A stretch of DNA of 63,789 nt, the filler included, from Octopus bimaculoides (lineage: Eukaryota), in assembly GCF_001194135.2 (NCBI RefSeq). It is 7 parts of 5 records of this genome, joined end to end, with 100 filler letters (N's around TTAATTAATTAA, not from the genome) between each part and the next. Parts side by side here need not be neighbours in the genome. Positions count along the whole stretch, not along the records: positions 9,974 to 30,239 come from NC_068990.1; positions 30,340 to 41,330 come from NC_068983.1; 5 more parts are not named here. One strand, written 5' to 3'. Made by a program: the position numbers and the translations under genes. The number at the start of each line of letters is the position of its first letter. Within the stretch, counting starts at the first letter, position 1. Positions 25,271 to 37,200 of the stretch are shown piece after piece. Below the pieces are notes generated by a model, which saw only the letters and a program-made list of their open reading frames with translations, was not told where the DNA came from and made no database searches.

Positions 25271-26139
25271 CTTTTTACGCTGAAGAAACAGAACTAAATT
25301 TGAAACGAAGTCCTGCATGAAATACCGGGCTTCACTTTATGAATGGAAATGCTGAAATATGGAATCTTACAGTTATCGAATTAGCACAACATTCCCCTCT
25401 CGTTTGCGGCATTGTTTTCTTTACTTCCTGTTAGAGGCCATATTGTTTTATTACACGTTCAGGTATATTTCTAAGACACAGATATTCTGTAAGTGGGAAC
25501 TGAGGTGCGTTTTACTATGAACGTTTAGTCTTTTGTAACTCAAAGGTTGTTGTTGTTTTTTTGAGACTGTTCTAACAATCATGAAGGAAACTAAGGGACA
25601 TTACAATCGCAGTTGGTGTTTTAGTTGTTTGTTTTCACTGGAACGATCTATAATTAACGTACATGCTTACGTAGTGCTATCTTAAAATAAGTTCCTTTCC
25701 TTTTTTTAAAATCATAAGATATGATTGCAGGGTAAGCTAGCAGCTATATATATAGGGAGTAACGCTCACGCCTTTGTGTATCATTCGTGAACATCTGACG
25801 GTAAGAAGCACATCGCTTGCTTTTTAAATGAGCAAATGTTGTCGGGCATTACAGTATTTTTCAAATGTACTTCAAGTTGTCTTTTGTCTCTGTTTTTCGC
25901 TGTGTTACGCAAATGAAAAGTAAATGTAAACCTTAAAATATGTCATTGGACATTCGGTGCACAGTCAGCTAATAACCCATCAGGCATTTCCTGACAGATG
26001 TTTATATTAAACTGCAATGCGTTATATACCATATGATGGTGCCTGATGAGAGCTAATTGATTTGAGCGGCTTAGTATGTGACAATGTGAAGCCCTAAAGA
26101 TAAAGGTGCTTTCTTGAGGTGCTTATACGGGACAGTTTT

Positions 26140-26343
26140 CCGGTTTCCGTGGCGTATAAGTCACCCACCGGGACAGGGCGCCGGTCCCTCGCAGGTTTAC
26201 TCATTTTTGCTAGCTGAGTGGCCTGGGGCAATGTGAAATGATGTGTTTTGTTCAAGAATACAACGCGTCACTCGGTCCAGGAATCGAAACCACAATCTTA
26301 CGGTTATGAGTCCAACACCCTAACCACTAAGTCATGCGCCTCC
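26140..26343 (-). mobile_element. SINE family C
   Basis: Reverse complement gives TGGAGGCGCATGACTTAGTGGTTAGGGTG (A box)...GGTTTCGATTCC (B box). Confidence 0.75.
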
Positions 26344-26478
26344 AATGTAATGGTGGGGCAATATTCTCTAGTAAACATAGATTTGAGGTAATTATGATGC
26401 CGTTTGCCTTTCATAGATTCATTAATATCATACTATTTATCTCTCCCTCAATCTCCGCACTCCCTTCCTCTCACTCTA

Positions 26479-26567
<89 letters not shown>

Positions 26568-26679
26568 ACGCCCGAACACTTGTGTGTGGTGTGCGTGTTG
26601 TATGTATGTGTATGTGTATGTGTATGTGTGTGTGCGTGTGTCTGTGTTTGCGTGCGTGAAAAGTTTCTTCCTTAGTCAC

Positions 26680-26890
26680 ATAGCCTCATTGGACCGGTTT
26701 TCGGGTTTACATGGCGTAATTCTGCGCTGGTCCATCGCGGGGTTAGCACTTTTTGTCAGCTGAATCGACTGGAGTAATGTGAAATGAAGTATTTTGCTCA
26801 AGAACACAACGCGTCAACCTGTTCAAGAAGCGAAACCATATTCTTAAGATAATCAGTTAAACACTCTAACCACTAAGTCACGCACCTCCA
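26680..26890 (-). mobile_element. SINE family C, tandem neighbour of the 26140 copy
   Basis: Same layout, ending CTAACCACTAAGTCACGCACCTCCA. Confidence 0.75.
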
Positions 26891-27047
26891 AATATATATG
26901 CATATATATATACACTCATACATACATACATTTATCTGTCTCTCCCCCTCTCTCTCTCTTATATGTATATATATGTATGTGTATCTATATGTATGTGTAT
27001 GTATATATATGTGTGTATATATATATATATACATATGCATATGTATG

Positions 27048-27087
<40 letters not shown>

Positions 27088-27826
27088 CGTGTGTGTGTAT
27101 GTATGTATGTATTCTATGTATGTATGTATGTATGTATGAATATTCCAACTATACTTTTGTTGACATGTATTTGAAATACATTTGAACTTGTAAAGGACAT
27201 TTCACTGTAGTTTACTGTGGAGAGAATATTATCACTTTAGATAAAAAGTGCATGTACACCTGTGTATATAACTGCTATCTAATTATCTATATATCAATGT
27301 TATACATCTATTATTCTATCAGACTAGATATTTCTTTTATATTTCTTTACATGTCCCTCTCAATTTTTGTACTTTTTCTTTTTTAATCACACCCGCTGGA
27401 GCTCTGACATCATGTCATCATTCATATACCACATAGTCACGAGGCCCACCATTTTTTCCATCCATGTTAGCCGTCTTTATTTCGCATATACTTTGTTGTT
27501 TTTAGTATTTTTGCAATTTTTTGTTTTGGGGTTAATTGGCCTTAACAGGCAAGTGTTGTATAGTGAAAGAAATTCATTATANNNNNNNNNNNNNNNNNNN
27601 NNNNNNNNNNNNNNNNNNNNNNNNNNNNNNNNNNNNNNNNNNNNNNNNNNNNNNNNNNNNNNNNNNNNNNNNNNNNNNNNNNNNNNNNNNNNNNNNNNNN
27701 NNNNNNNNNNNNNNNNNNNNNNNNNNNNNNNNNNNNNNNNNNNNNNNNNNNNNNNNNNNNNNNNNNNNNNNNNNNNNNNNNNNNNNNNNNNNNNNNNNNN
27801 NNNNNNNNNNNNNNNNNNNNNNNNNN

Positions 27827-27871
<45 letters not shown>

Positions 27872-28483
27872 GAAAACTGTTTTTATTTTTATTTTATCTT
27901 TCCAATTTCTTTATTGATTTTTTTTAATAGAAATTTACAAATCAGCTGTCCTGTTGGAGTCGACTCGAAATAATTGCTTATAATTGCATACATACAATAA
28001 ATTGTGTTCCTTTCTACACCACGTCACATGATCGCACACCACACCAATAACACACTCATGTTTCCATTACCATGCGCCCCGCCCGCCCGCTGTAACAATA
28101 AACAATTTGAATAAAACACACGCACAAGCAAACACTCAGAAGCCCTACGAACGCCACATATATGACACATGCATGTATACATAATTACGCGATTACTGGA
28201 GTATTCTCCTTGGCAACATAATTTATAGACATTTTGTTTTTCCTTTGTGTTGTTAACATCACCAACCAATGGGACAGCCACTATGGATGTTTGTTTGTTA
28301 TATATTGTTTTTTTGTCTTCTCTTTTTGTATTCATTTTCTTTCATTGGGCCTCGCTTTCAATTTTTTTTTATATTTACTTTTATTTTACATGTTTATTCG
28401 TTTCGCCTCGGCGAAGCTATAATTCAGTAAGTAGAACGTACTTTTACACACACACGCCTTTCACCTGTTGCTGCAAATTGGGC

Positions 28484-28517
<34 letters not shown>

Positions 28518-28518
<1 letters not shown>

Positions 28519-28880
28519 CTTGGCAGAATCGTTAGTGCGCCGGACAAATTGTCTCGGGGTGTTCTTTCTGGCTCATTGAATTCTGAGTTCAAATCGAACT
28601 TACATCAACTTTGTTTTCCAACCCACTGAGGTTCGATAAATTTAGATTCCTATTCCGGTCCAGTACTAGAAAAATAATATTTGTTTCGGCACCGCCTATA
28701 GGGCACAATTCTCGGACCATTTTGGGAGAGGACTTAGTAAATTAAGTCGATTCTAGCAGATGTACTTATTTATTTCGGCATTGAGAGTTGAAAGGTGAGG
28801 TCGATAGAAGCAGTATTTGAAGTAACGTGACTAAGTATCACCAAGTACTTTGTCGTTTTCTATAGAGATTCAGCAAATCT
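28518..28880. mobile_element. Two diverged SINE family B remnants (+ then -), preceded by (AGT)n
   Basis: TGGCAGAATCGTTAG head at about 28520 and GAAAGGTGAGGTCGA core at about 28790. Confidence 0.55.
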
Positions 28881-29504
28881 AATAAGCAGAGGAGTCCAAC
28901 CCCTGTGAAAGAGAATTCATCTCCTACGATGAGGAACCCAAATACGTCGTGTAAATACTGGCTATCACAGCTCTTCTCGTAAGCAACACATACATGATTA
29001 GAGAAATATATAGATGCAAAAAAAACTTTTGCAATGAACAGATCAATATTGAGACTGCATCAGAATACAAAGAACATCAAAATTTTAAGCCATCAGTAAC
29101 AAGTAACTAGATACTTTATATTGTTATCATTCCATCGTAGAACTAGAGGCCTTACAGACCCTCTCAGAGGCAATAACATGTGGACGATTCTGGAATTAAT
29201 ATCTCATTCTTTGACAGAAATCCTATAATGACCGTGGGGTACTGGTTACGCAATTTGAAAATTTCACACAATGTGTTTCATATGGCCATACTACGAAGAG
29301 GAATTTGTTTTATTTCTTTGGGTTATCTACGGCATTTAATTGAGTATTATTTTTATTTGTTATATTTCCTTATTTTAACAAATATTAAACCCGTTTTTCA
29401 TACATGGCGTAAAGTATATGTACCAACCATTCGTTTACACATATTTCTTCATTTACACGTATCTGTAATAGTATGAATGCTCCTTTTTAAATAATATCGC
29501 AACA

Positions 29505-29910
29505 ATTTATTATTATTATTATTGTTGCTGTTGTTTTTGTTGTTTTGGTGAAAGCTCTCAGCTTATTTTACTGGATATGATGGAAAGTGTCCGCTGCCCA
29601 CTAAGGTGACACTTGTTTACGGATCATGCTTAAAGAATCCTCCAGAGAACTCCTGAAATTCCAAGCGATGCTGATTTTCGTAGGTGTTTCTATCTTTACA
29701 CTTGTACCAATCTCTTTAAGACATGTTGATAGTTAATTGAGGATACTTTCGAGCGCGCAAATCATTATTGCTACCATGACCACTCTCTTCAATGCCCAAA
29801 ACCAGCGTATTTCCCACTTCAATTTGTCTTAGCTGTTCATTTTTCCTTCATTCTCTGTAATCCTATTTTCACAAAGACATGCTATGTCGATTATTGTCAT
29901 TATTATTATT
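29505..29910 (-). mobile_element. R4/Dong-like (RLE endonuclease) LINE 3' end, older copy, with (AAT)n tail
   Basis: Minus translation IIDIACLCENRITENEGKMNS*DKLKWEIRWFWALKRVVMVAIMICALESI resembles the RLE C-terminus; (TTA)n at 29505-29523. Confidence 0.65.
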
Positions 29911-29926
29911 TTTGTTATTGTCGTGA

Positions 29927-29980
<54 letters not shown>

Positions 29981-30239
29981 GTTCAGTAGTTTTATTTTTA
30001 TAACGTGCTTTCACTTCACTACCGAGCGCAGCTCTGTGCGCCTTGGGTATGTGCTGTGGTTTGCTGTGGTGCTCTCATGTTTACTGTATTGAAAGTGTTT
30101 TGCGTAGAATGTGTGCAGTACCCAGTAGTGCAATTTTATGTATGTTATATATATTTGTAAGTCCTGGTGTTTTTGTTATGTATTTGTCTGAATATTTTTT
30201 TATTATACCTAAGGCACCTACTATGATAGGAATTGTTTC
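29927..30239 (-). mobile_element. R4/Dong-like LINE 3' end, younger copy, with long (AAT)n tail
   Basis: Uninterrupted ETIPIIVGALGIIKKYSDKYITKTPGLTNIYNIHKIALLGTAHILRKTLSIQ* (TAA 30081-83), about 100-nt 3' UTR, then (AAT)n 29927-29981. Confidence 0.75.
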
Positions 30240-30283
30240 NNNNNNNNNNNNNNNNNNNNNNNNNNNNNNNNNNNNNNNNNNNN

Positions 30284-30295
30284 TTAATTAATTAA
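30284..30295. other. Artificial linker TTAATTAATTAA
   Basis: 44 N on either side. Confidence 0.9.
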
Positions 30296-30445
30296 NNNNN
30301 NNNNNNNNNNNNNNNNNNNNNNNNNNNNNNNNNNNNNNNATATACACATATATATATACACATATATATATACACATATATATATACACATATATATATA
30401 CACATATATATATACACATATATATATATACATATATATATATAC

Positions 30446-30508
<63 letters not shown>

Positions 30509-30804
30509 CATATATATATGTTTTAATTTTTTAATCTAAAACAACGCAAGTTATAAGAAATAATAAAAGTTGTAGTCTTACATTTTATTTCAATATTTGG
30601 GGGTTGAAATCACTTCTTCAGGAAACCTTCAGAAAAATTAAAATAAAACTCTCTGATGAATATACATTCTTCAAAAAAAAGAACATTCAGCATATAGATT
30701 ATCATTAGCCCTTTTGATATCAACTGTTTGAGCCACCACTTTTATATTCTTCGCGTAACACCTCTGGACAATGCTCTGAAACCTCTACCCACACCCACAC
30801 CCCA

Positions 30805-31222
30805 TGGTGGGGCACTGCATTGAAGGGTTTAGTTGAACAAATCACCCTCAGTACTTATTTAAAGTCTTGTACTTATTCCATCATTCTCTTTTGTTGTACT
30901 GCTAAATTATGGGGATGTAAACAATCCAACACCAGATGTCAAGCTGTGGTTGGTGGGGACAAATACAGACCTATATACAAATATATACACACTCATGCAC
31001 TCATATGCGCACACACATATCTATACATGTAAACACACATATTTATATGTGTATATGACAGGCTTCCACTCATGTCTGTCTACTAAATTCACTCAAAAGG
31101 CATTGGTCAGTCTGGAGCTATAGTAGAAAAACACTTGCCTATGGTGCCAGATAGTGGGACTCAACCATTAACCCACATGGATGCAAAGTGAGTTTTTTAA
31201 CCACATGACCAAGCCTGTGCTT
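30805..31222 (-). mobile_element. SINE family A, diverged
   Basis: AAATTCACTCAAAAGGCATTGGTCAGTCTGGAGCTATAGTAGAAAAACACTTGCC is the reverse core. Confidence 0.7.
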
Positions 31223-34200
31223 AGATGAATGCCAACCACATTTTGTGGTTTGCTACCTCAACAGCTCCTTAATAGGATCCAGTGGCTAAGGACATCATCA
31301 GGGGGAACCACATCTGGTTCTGGCCCCTACTCCTCTACTGTTTTTGACCTTTGAAGGTGTCTTCAGCTCTGGCGTTGAATGTGTTTTTTTTTTCTTTTTT
31401 TTTTCTTTGGCTTTTTGTTCTTTGGTTTTTTTCAAAGCAGCATCAATGAATGTCAGCAGGTGAATGGCCATCCTGGCAAATTTCCCTTTAAATACTTGCT
31501 GGTGGGCTCCAGCAGTCAGCACCAGCTAACTGTCATGTGATATAATCTAAGCTTCAACTGACCAATGGAGGGGAAAAGCATATTATTTTGGCCTGCACCC
31601 TCTCATGACCTACCTTCCAAAAGAGTCTTTTTTAATACAAAAACCTCCAGTTATAAAATGTTCAATATTTAAATCGAACTAACCAAATATTTTGCACAAA
31701 ACCCTGTCTGATTACTTACACTAATAAATGAAGTTATTTTACTCACTACTTCAAAATTTTTTATTACTTTAGAAATTAAGTTAATGTGTCTTCCAGCATA
31801 CAAATCCATGTAGTATAGTGTGAATATAAGTAAACATTCAAATATCATCACTATCTTCCGAATCCTGCTACATTTCACCTTGAACTTTTGGTCCTCCAAA
31901 GTCATTTTGGTGTATAAGTCTACCTACTTTTTTTTTCACTGTAAATTTTTTCCTATGGTAACTTAATGGCTATATTAGACTTGGTCATAAAAAAGGGAGT
32001 TAACTAGAAGTTGTTGACAAATATTGTTTCTACTGACATTCTTAAAAAGGGTTTAAATTTTGTTCTGATACAATTATAATTCAATTGAAACTCTTATCAA
32101 AAAGTGTTGAATGTTTCTTAACTTCTTCATCTCAGTATACGTCCCAATAATGCCGGGAGGAGTTGTCACATTTTTGTTTTTTGATATATTGTGAACAATC
32201 ATAAAAGTCTCGTATTTGTCCCCCCCCCCCCATTCCAGTTTTTCTTTCTCTTTTGACCAAGATTTGCAAACTAACAAGAATTGTCAATCCAACTAGAGAG
32301 ACCACTACATGGTAAGTGAAGTTACTAGAAATAACAGTCAAATCGTCCTCAAATACACTCTCCTGTCAAAGGGACTGACATGTTAAATAGTATAGTTCTA
32401 TATACACTTTGTCTGAAAAGGACAGGATGATTATTAATGGAATGCTCTAAGTCACTGATCTCTGCGTTATGAGAGTTGATCAAAAAAATCAACACCAACG
32501 ACAATTTTGTATAATTTCTTGCAAATGCAAGCTATACTCCCCCATGAAACAGAGGTTAACCAATTTAATTAAGAGTGAAATATTTCTGTTTGAGATATCA
32601 CATATACTGGCAATGAGATTGAATGTAGGTGCCCGGTGTCAAAACAAATTTTATACATTATAATATCTTAAATCCTTTTTCTCTCACTTGCATTCAGAAT
32701 GACAACACCACTGTCTTTCTCTTTCTCGTTCTTAGATCAAGGGTGAGGAGCTTGAAATGTTTGATTTTCCACTCCTCACAGCAGTTGAACTTGCCAAACT
32801 CTTCTATGAACTCTCCATAGAATTGATATTGTTAAGTTCATATATATATATATATATATATATATAAATGCTATTGAAGGTGACAATCAATATAGTTCAA
32901 TGTCTTTGAAATTCAGTTGTGCGTGTTATGTAGTAGTGGAGATTTGGGATTTTTTAATATCTTTTTAATCGTGTTTACTTGAAATGCTACTTCATCTATA
33001 TTGATTGAATTATCTACCATCTCTTTACTGAGTTTGGAAGTTTACTTTGAACCAAGGTATCTTCTTTATGCTACACAAATGTTCTTTCTTCTGCTCAATT
33101 CTAAAATGTTAACTATATTATAAGCACCTGAATTTCATAGCTAGGTCAGTAAAAAAACAAGTTGAAATAAGAAGTTGAAAACAATCCTGATGAGGACTTC
33201 TATTGTCTATAACGGATCACTGAATGTGTTTCTAAACCTTATATCATGGCATGCACTTTTATACATGATTTCAACAGCACCAAATGACTCAAATTTAGAG
33301 TCTCTATTGCAATTGGAACACTGTCAAATACTTTCCTAAGTTGCCAAAGGCTAAGGATACTTGTTTGCTTTTAAGTTCAGAATTTGTTTAGCATTATATC
33401 TGTAATCAATACATTTGATCTGAAAACTGCAGCTACATTGAACAGCCTTTCTGCATTTATCCCCTATCTTAACTACTCATCTAGCTATTATTCACAATCT
33501 TAAGATAATTAATATGGGCACTACAATTACAGCACTGTCTCAGAAGGGTATAAACTTTTTGTATTTGTAGAATGGTGTGTTTGAATAAATTTGGAAAAGG
33601 AATATTATCCTATCATTTGCTTTGTTAATCACTACTCTTTCAACACATCTTCCAAGTTCAGTCAGTATTCCTCTTCCCATTGTCTTGCACATATTGAACA
33701 CACTCATCCATATCTAATAATTTGGTTTATTACCAGTAAAATTTAGCTTTTCTGACATGCTAGTATTTATAAATACAATATTTTTATCACTTTCAGTGTT
33801 ATCTTCTTTTCTTCTTGTGAATTCTACCTTTTCACAAAAATGTAAAGAAGGAAATGCACATCTTTATAGGATAGGATGGTAATTCATTTGTATGTACTAA
33901 AAGCAATTATAAACATAGCTTATAAAAATGAAAAATGAGATATCATTAGTTATCACATCATCTAAAAGAAGCAAAATTCTTAGTATTTTCCAAATGAATA
34001 AGGCAGAAAGAAAGAGAGAGAGATACTTAAAAACTAGGCCACATCCCCCCCTGGCAGCTATTGTCAGCTTTGAGTTTATAACCTAATTTCATGAGACATA
34101 ACTTTGCTCTGAATACCATTTTGGATTTTTGTTTTCCCTTTTTTTTTTTCCATGACCCCATTGTTTCAGCAATCAAACTGAATTTATATACCACATTTCC

Positions 34201-37200
34201 ATTAACTCATCGTAAGCCAGAATAACCAGCTGCAAGGCAAAAGATTTACATTAATGTTTTAAAATATACTTTTGCTCATTTATCAATTTCTAAATATTTT
34301 GACTGACTTCAAGAAAGTGTGAGCTTATACATTTAACTATATTCATGAATCTTTGCTTACAAAAATATTCATTTATATTCACTCTCTTGCCTTCTCTCAA
34401 TCTCCATTTACATGCCTTTTTCACTGTATCTTAAACAGATTTGTCTTCAACTGAAAGTTGTTTAAACCCAATTACGCTTTTTGGCCAGTGATGATGTTGA
34501 TAAACGAACAGTTACTAAACATCTATTACCTTCTTCTGTAGTATTCTGATAAGTTGGAATTTGTGATAGAAAATGGCTTTGTTAGATGAATTACATGAGC
34601 AGTGACTATCTTATTAGTAATGTAAGATACTGCAATAACTGCTTGTTGTCAGACCAGTGGTCGGATAACATCATTAGAATATTTCTCAGATTAGCTAATA
34701 TGGTGAGAGTAAGTATATTAAATGCGTGAGCAATATCCAGCTAAAATTATCTTTTGGCATTAGGAAGGAAACCTGGCACTCATAAATCTATGTCATCTCT
34801 TGGCACATTATTGCTGATCATAAAATGTAAAGATGTATAAGATTATGTAAACAAAGGAAGAAATAATAAGATTTTGTTTCTTCAGTTGACATTAAAAGAG
34901 CCTAACATTATCCAGTACTTATTGTAAGATGTTTTGGAGGATATGTAAGCTTGGTGAGAAGCATCAAATAGATCACAATACCTGTGTGCATTGATCAAAA
35001 AGAATTGCAGGTGATGCTGTTAACAAAAATGTGTGTTTAACTGGAGATTGTCCACAATAAATAGGTCATTTATATAGAAAACATAGACAGATAACTAAGA
35101 TGTTTTTCTTAATTAATGAGGTTTAAATCAAAATGAGTATTTTCAATAGTTATTGGAGTGTAGAACCTTCTACAGACACTTCCATCCCAGTTAGGTTTTA
35201 GTGGATTCCATCATAGACAACTTTTAAAAGGAATTTTTAATACCAGACATGATTGATAATTTTGTTAAAGTCATTGTGACAAATGGGCTCTTTGTGAGGA
35301 CATGATTTACTGTGTCTGTATGATGCATAAGCACTTTATATCCATGTAATCTGGTTTTACAGAATTTGAACTAGTGGTTGCTGAACAGGGAAAATTAGTC
35401 CAAGAACAATCATGTAAGATGATGTGTGGAATTTGAGAAGAATTGTCTAATTGTTGGCAGAATGTGAAAGTTTATCATTCTTGAGAAATGAAGTTTGACA
35501 TTTCCATATATTTTATATATTCCCTTATTTTTTATTTGGCAGATGAATTCAAAGAGAAAACTACAATTCACAAATTACTGATAACTACTGTATTAGTCAT
35601 GTAAGTTTCCCAGGCAAAAATTAGTTGTTGTACATAGGGCACTTGAAATCTTTTGCTTACTGGGGAACCAACTTCAGTCTGTGAAAGAAGGAGACAGAGC
35701 AACTCCTCAAAGTATTGCCAAATGATTTGGGCTCCTGTTCTATCTATCTTTATACTCTTTTCCCTTTGATAATTAGAGACACTATGTAAAGAAAGCAGTA
35801 ATCAAACGACTGTTCTTTTCAAACTAGGACATTTAAATAGTAAATTTTGGGAAAAGCACCCAGGTTATTGAATATGATGTTAAACCAGGTTGAACATTAA
35901 ATCTATAAGCAACAAATATTATTTTAAGTGTGCAGACTGTTTATACTGGACCAATACTAGAAAGGTTGTTTTACAGAATCTAAAGCCTAATCTACTTCTG
36001 GTCATTTGTAATTTGGAGTTACCAAGGTTTTTCTTTTTTAACTATGGTTAAAGAAACTATATCCTCTCAAGGCAGGCTTTTCTTGTAGTTGTTTGCATGT
36101 TTGAAAGGCTAACAGAAATAGACAGGTAGATAGGAAGAAAGGTGAGAAGTGAAAACTGAGAGTTTATATTAACAGGAAAAAGACAAGAGTTTTAAGCAGA
36201 TTGCATATGAACTGAGGAAGTAAATCTGTCAGTGAAAGATTTTATTAGTAGAGAAAAAAAGATACAAAGAGGTGGAAGTAGTTTGTAATCTAAGAGAAAC
36301 TAAGATTAAAATAAAGGTTGTAAACTAAGGTGTGGTTGTTGGTTGTGTGTTCCAAGTGGGGAGAGGTGGATTATCAACATGTGTTTTGGTTAGTTAGATA
36401 TTTTAACTAAAAGAAAATAAAATATCTAACCATTAATCTTTAAAACGGTGAACAGATATGAAGCCAAAACAAAATTGAGTAAGGTGAAAAGGTTAGTAGG
36501 GTAGCAACAGAAGAGATGAATGACTACAGAGAATGGATATAGGTAAAGAGAAACCATCTGGACAGATAAACAGATAAAAAAAGACAGGACCCACCCCATC
36601 TCAGTCCAAGTTATATGAATGCTTTCTGATGCTTGGATTAAAAGTAAAGAAAAGTGATTAAAAGATATTTTTGCAAAAGGCAAAAATCTGTATTGTTGCA
36701 GCAAAGGAGGATTAAGAGCTTACATGTGCATTGAACAAAGACAGTTTTTGTTCTTTGGTTGGACATCTTGCTTTAAATACCTTTGCATATGAATTGGTCC
36801 TAATTGGTATCAGTTTGAAATTCCTTCCAGGTATTGTAGGCTGTGCCTTATATTGGTAGAGTTATAGAAATCAATAGCTGCAGCACAGTATGTCAAAAAT
36901 TATTTGGAAATTTTTGACTTATGAAATTAAGTAATTTGTTGCATATAAAATCACATTCCTATTGTTTCTTTTGCTTATTTGGGTCTCTTGCAGACAAGAA
37001 AGGGATAGAATGTGCAGGTAGTAATGTGTTATATACAGAAACACGTGCGTAAGAATATTGTTCCTGTTGCTTATTTGGCTCTCTCACAGACAAGGAAGAG
37101 AGAGAATAAACAGCATTTATTGCTTTTAGAATTATCATACAAGCTTGCAGTACCCTGTTATGAGAAAATTTTCATGGAGACTAAGGTGGATTATGACCCT

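Noticed and set aside
25965-26060. Inverted repeat CATCAGGCA/TGCCTGATG with a 3' arm resembling miR-745/miR-22
   Set aside because: The seed differs (GGTGCC versus GCTGCC), and the roughly 50-nt loop is too long for a pre-miRNA.
30575-30625. Minus-strand CTGAAGA hammerhead-like start next to (TA)n
   Set aside because: Stem II and the GAAA half cannot be reconstructed without several assumed mutations.
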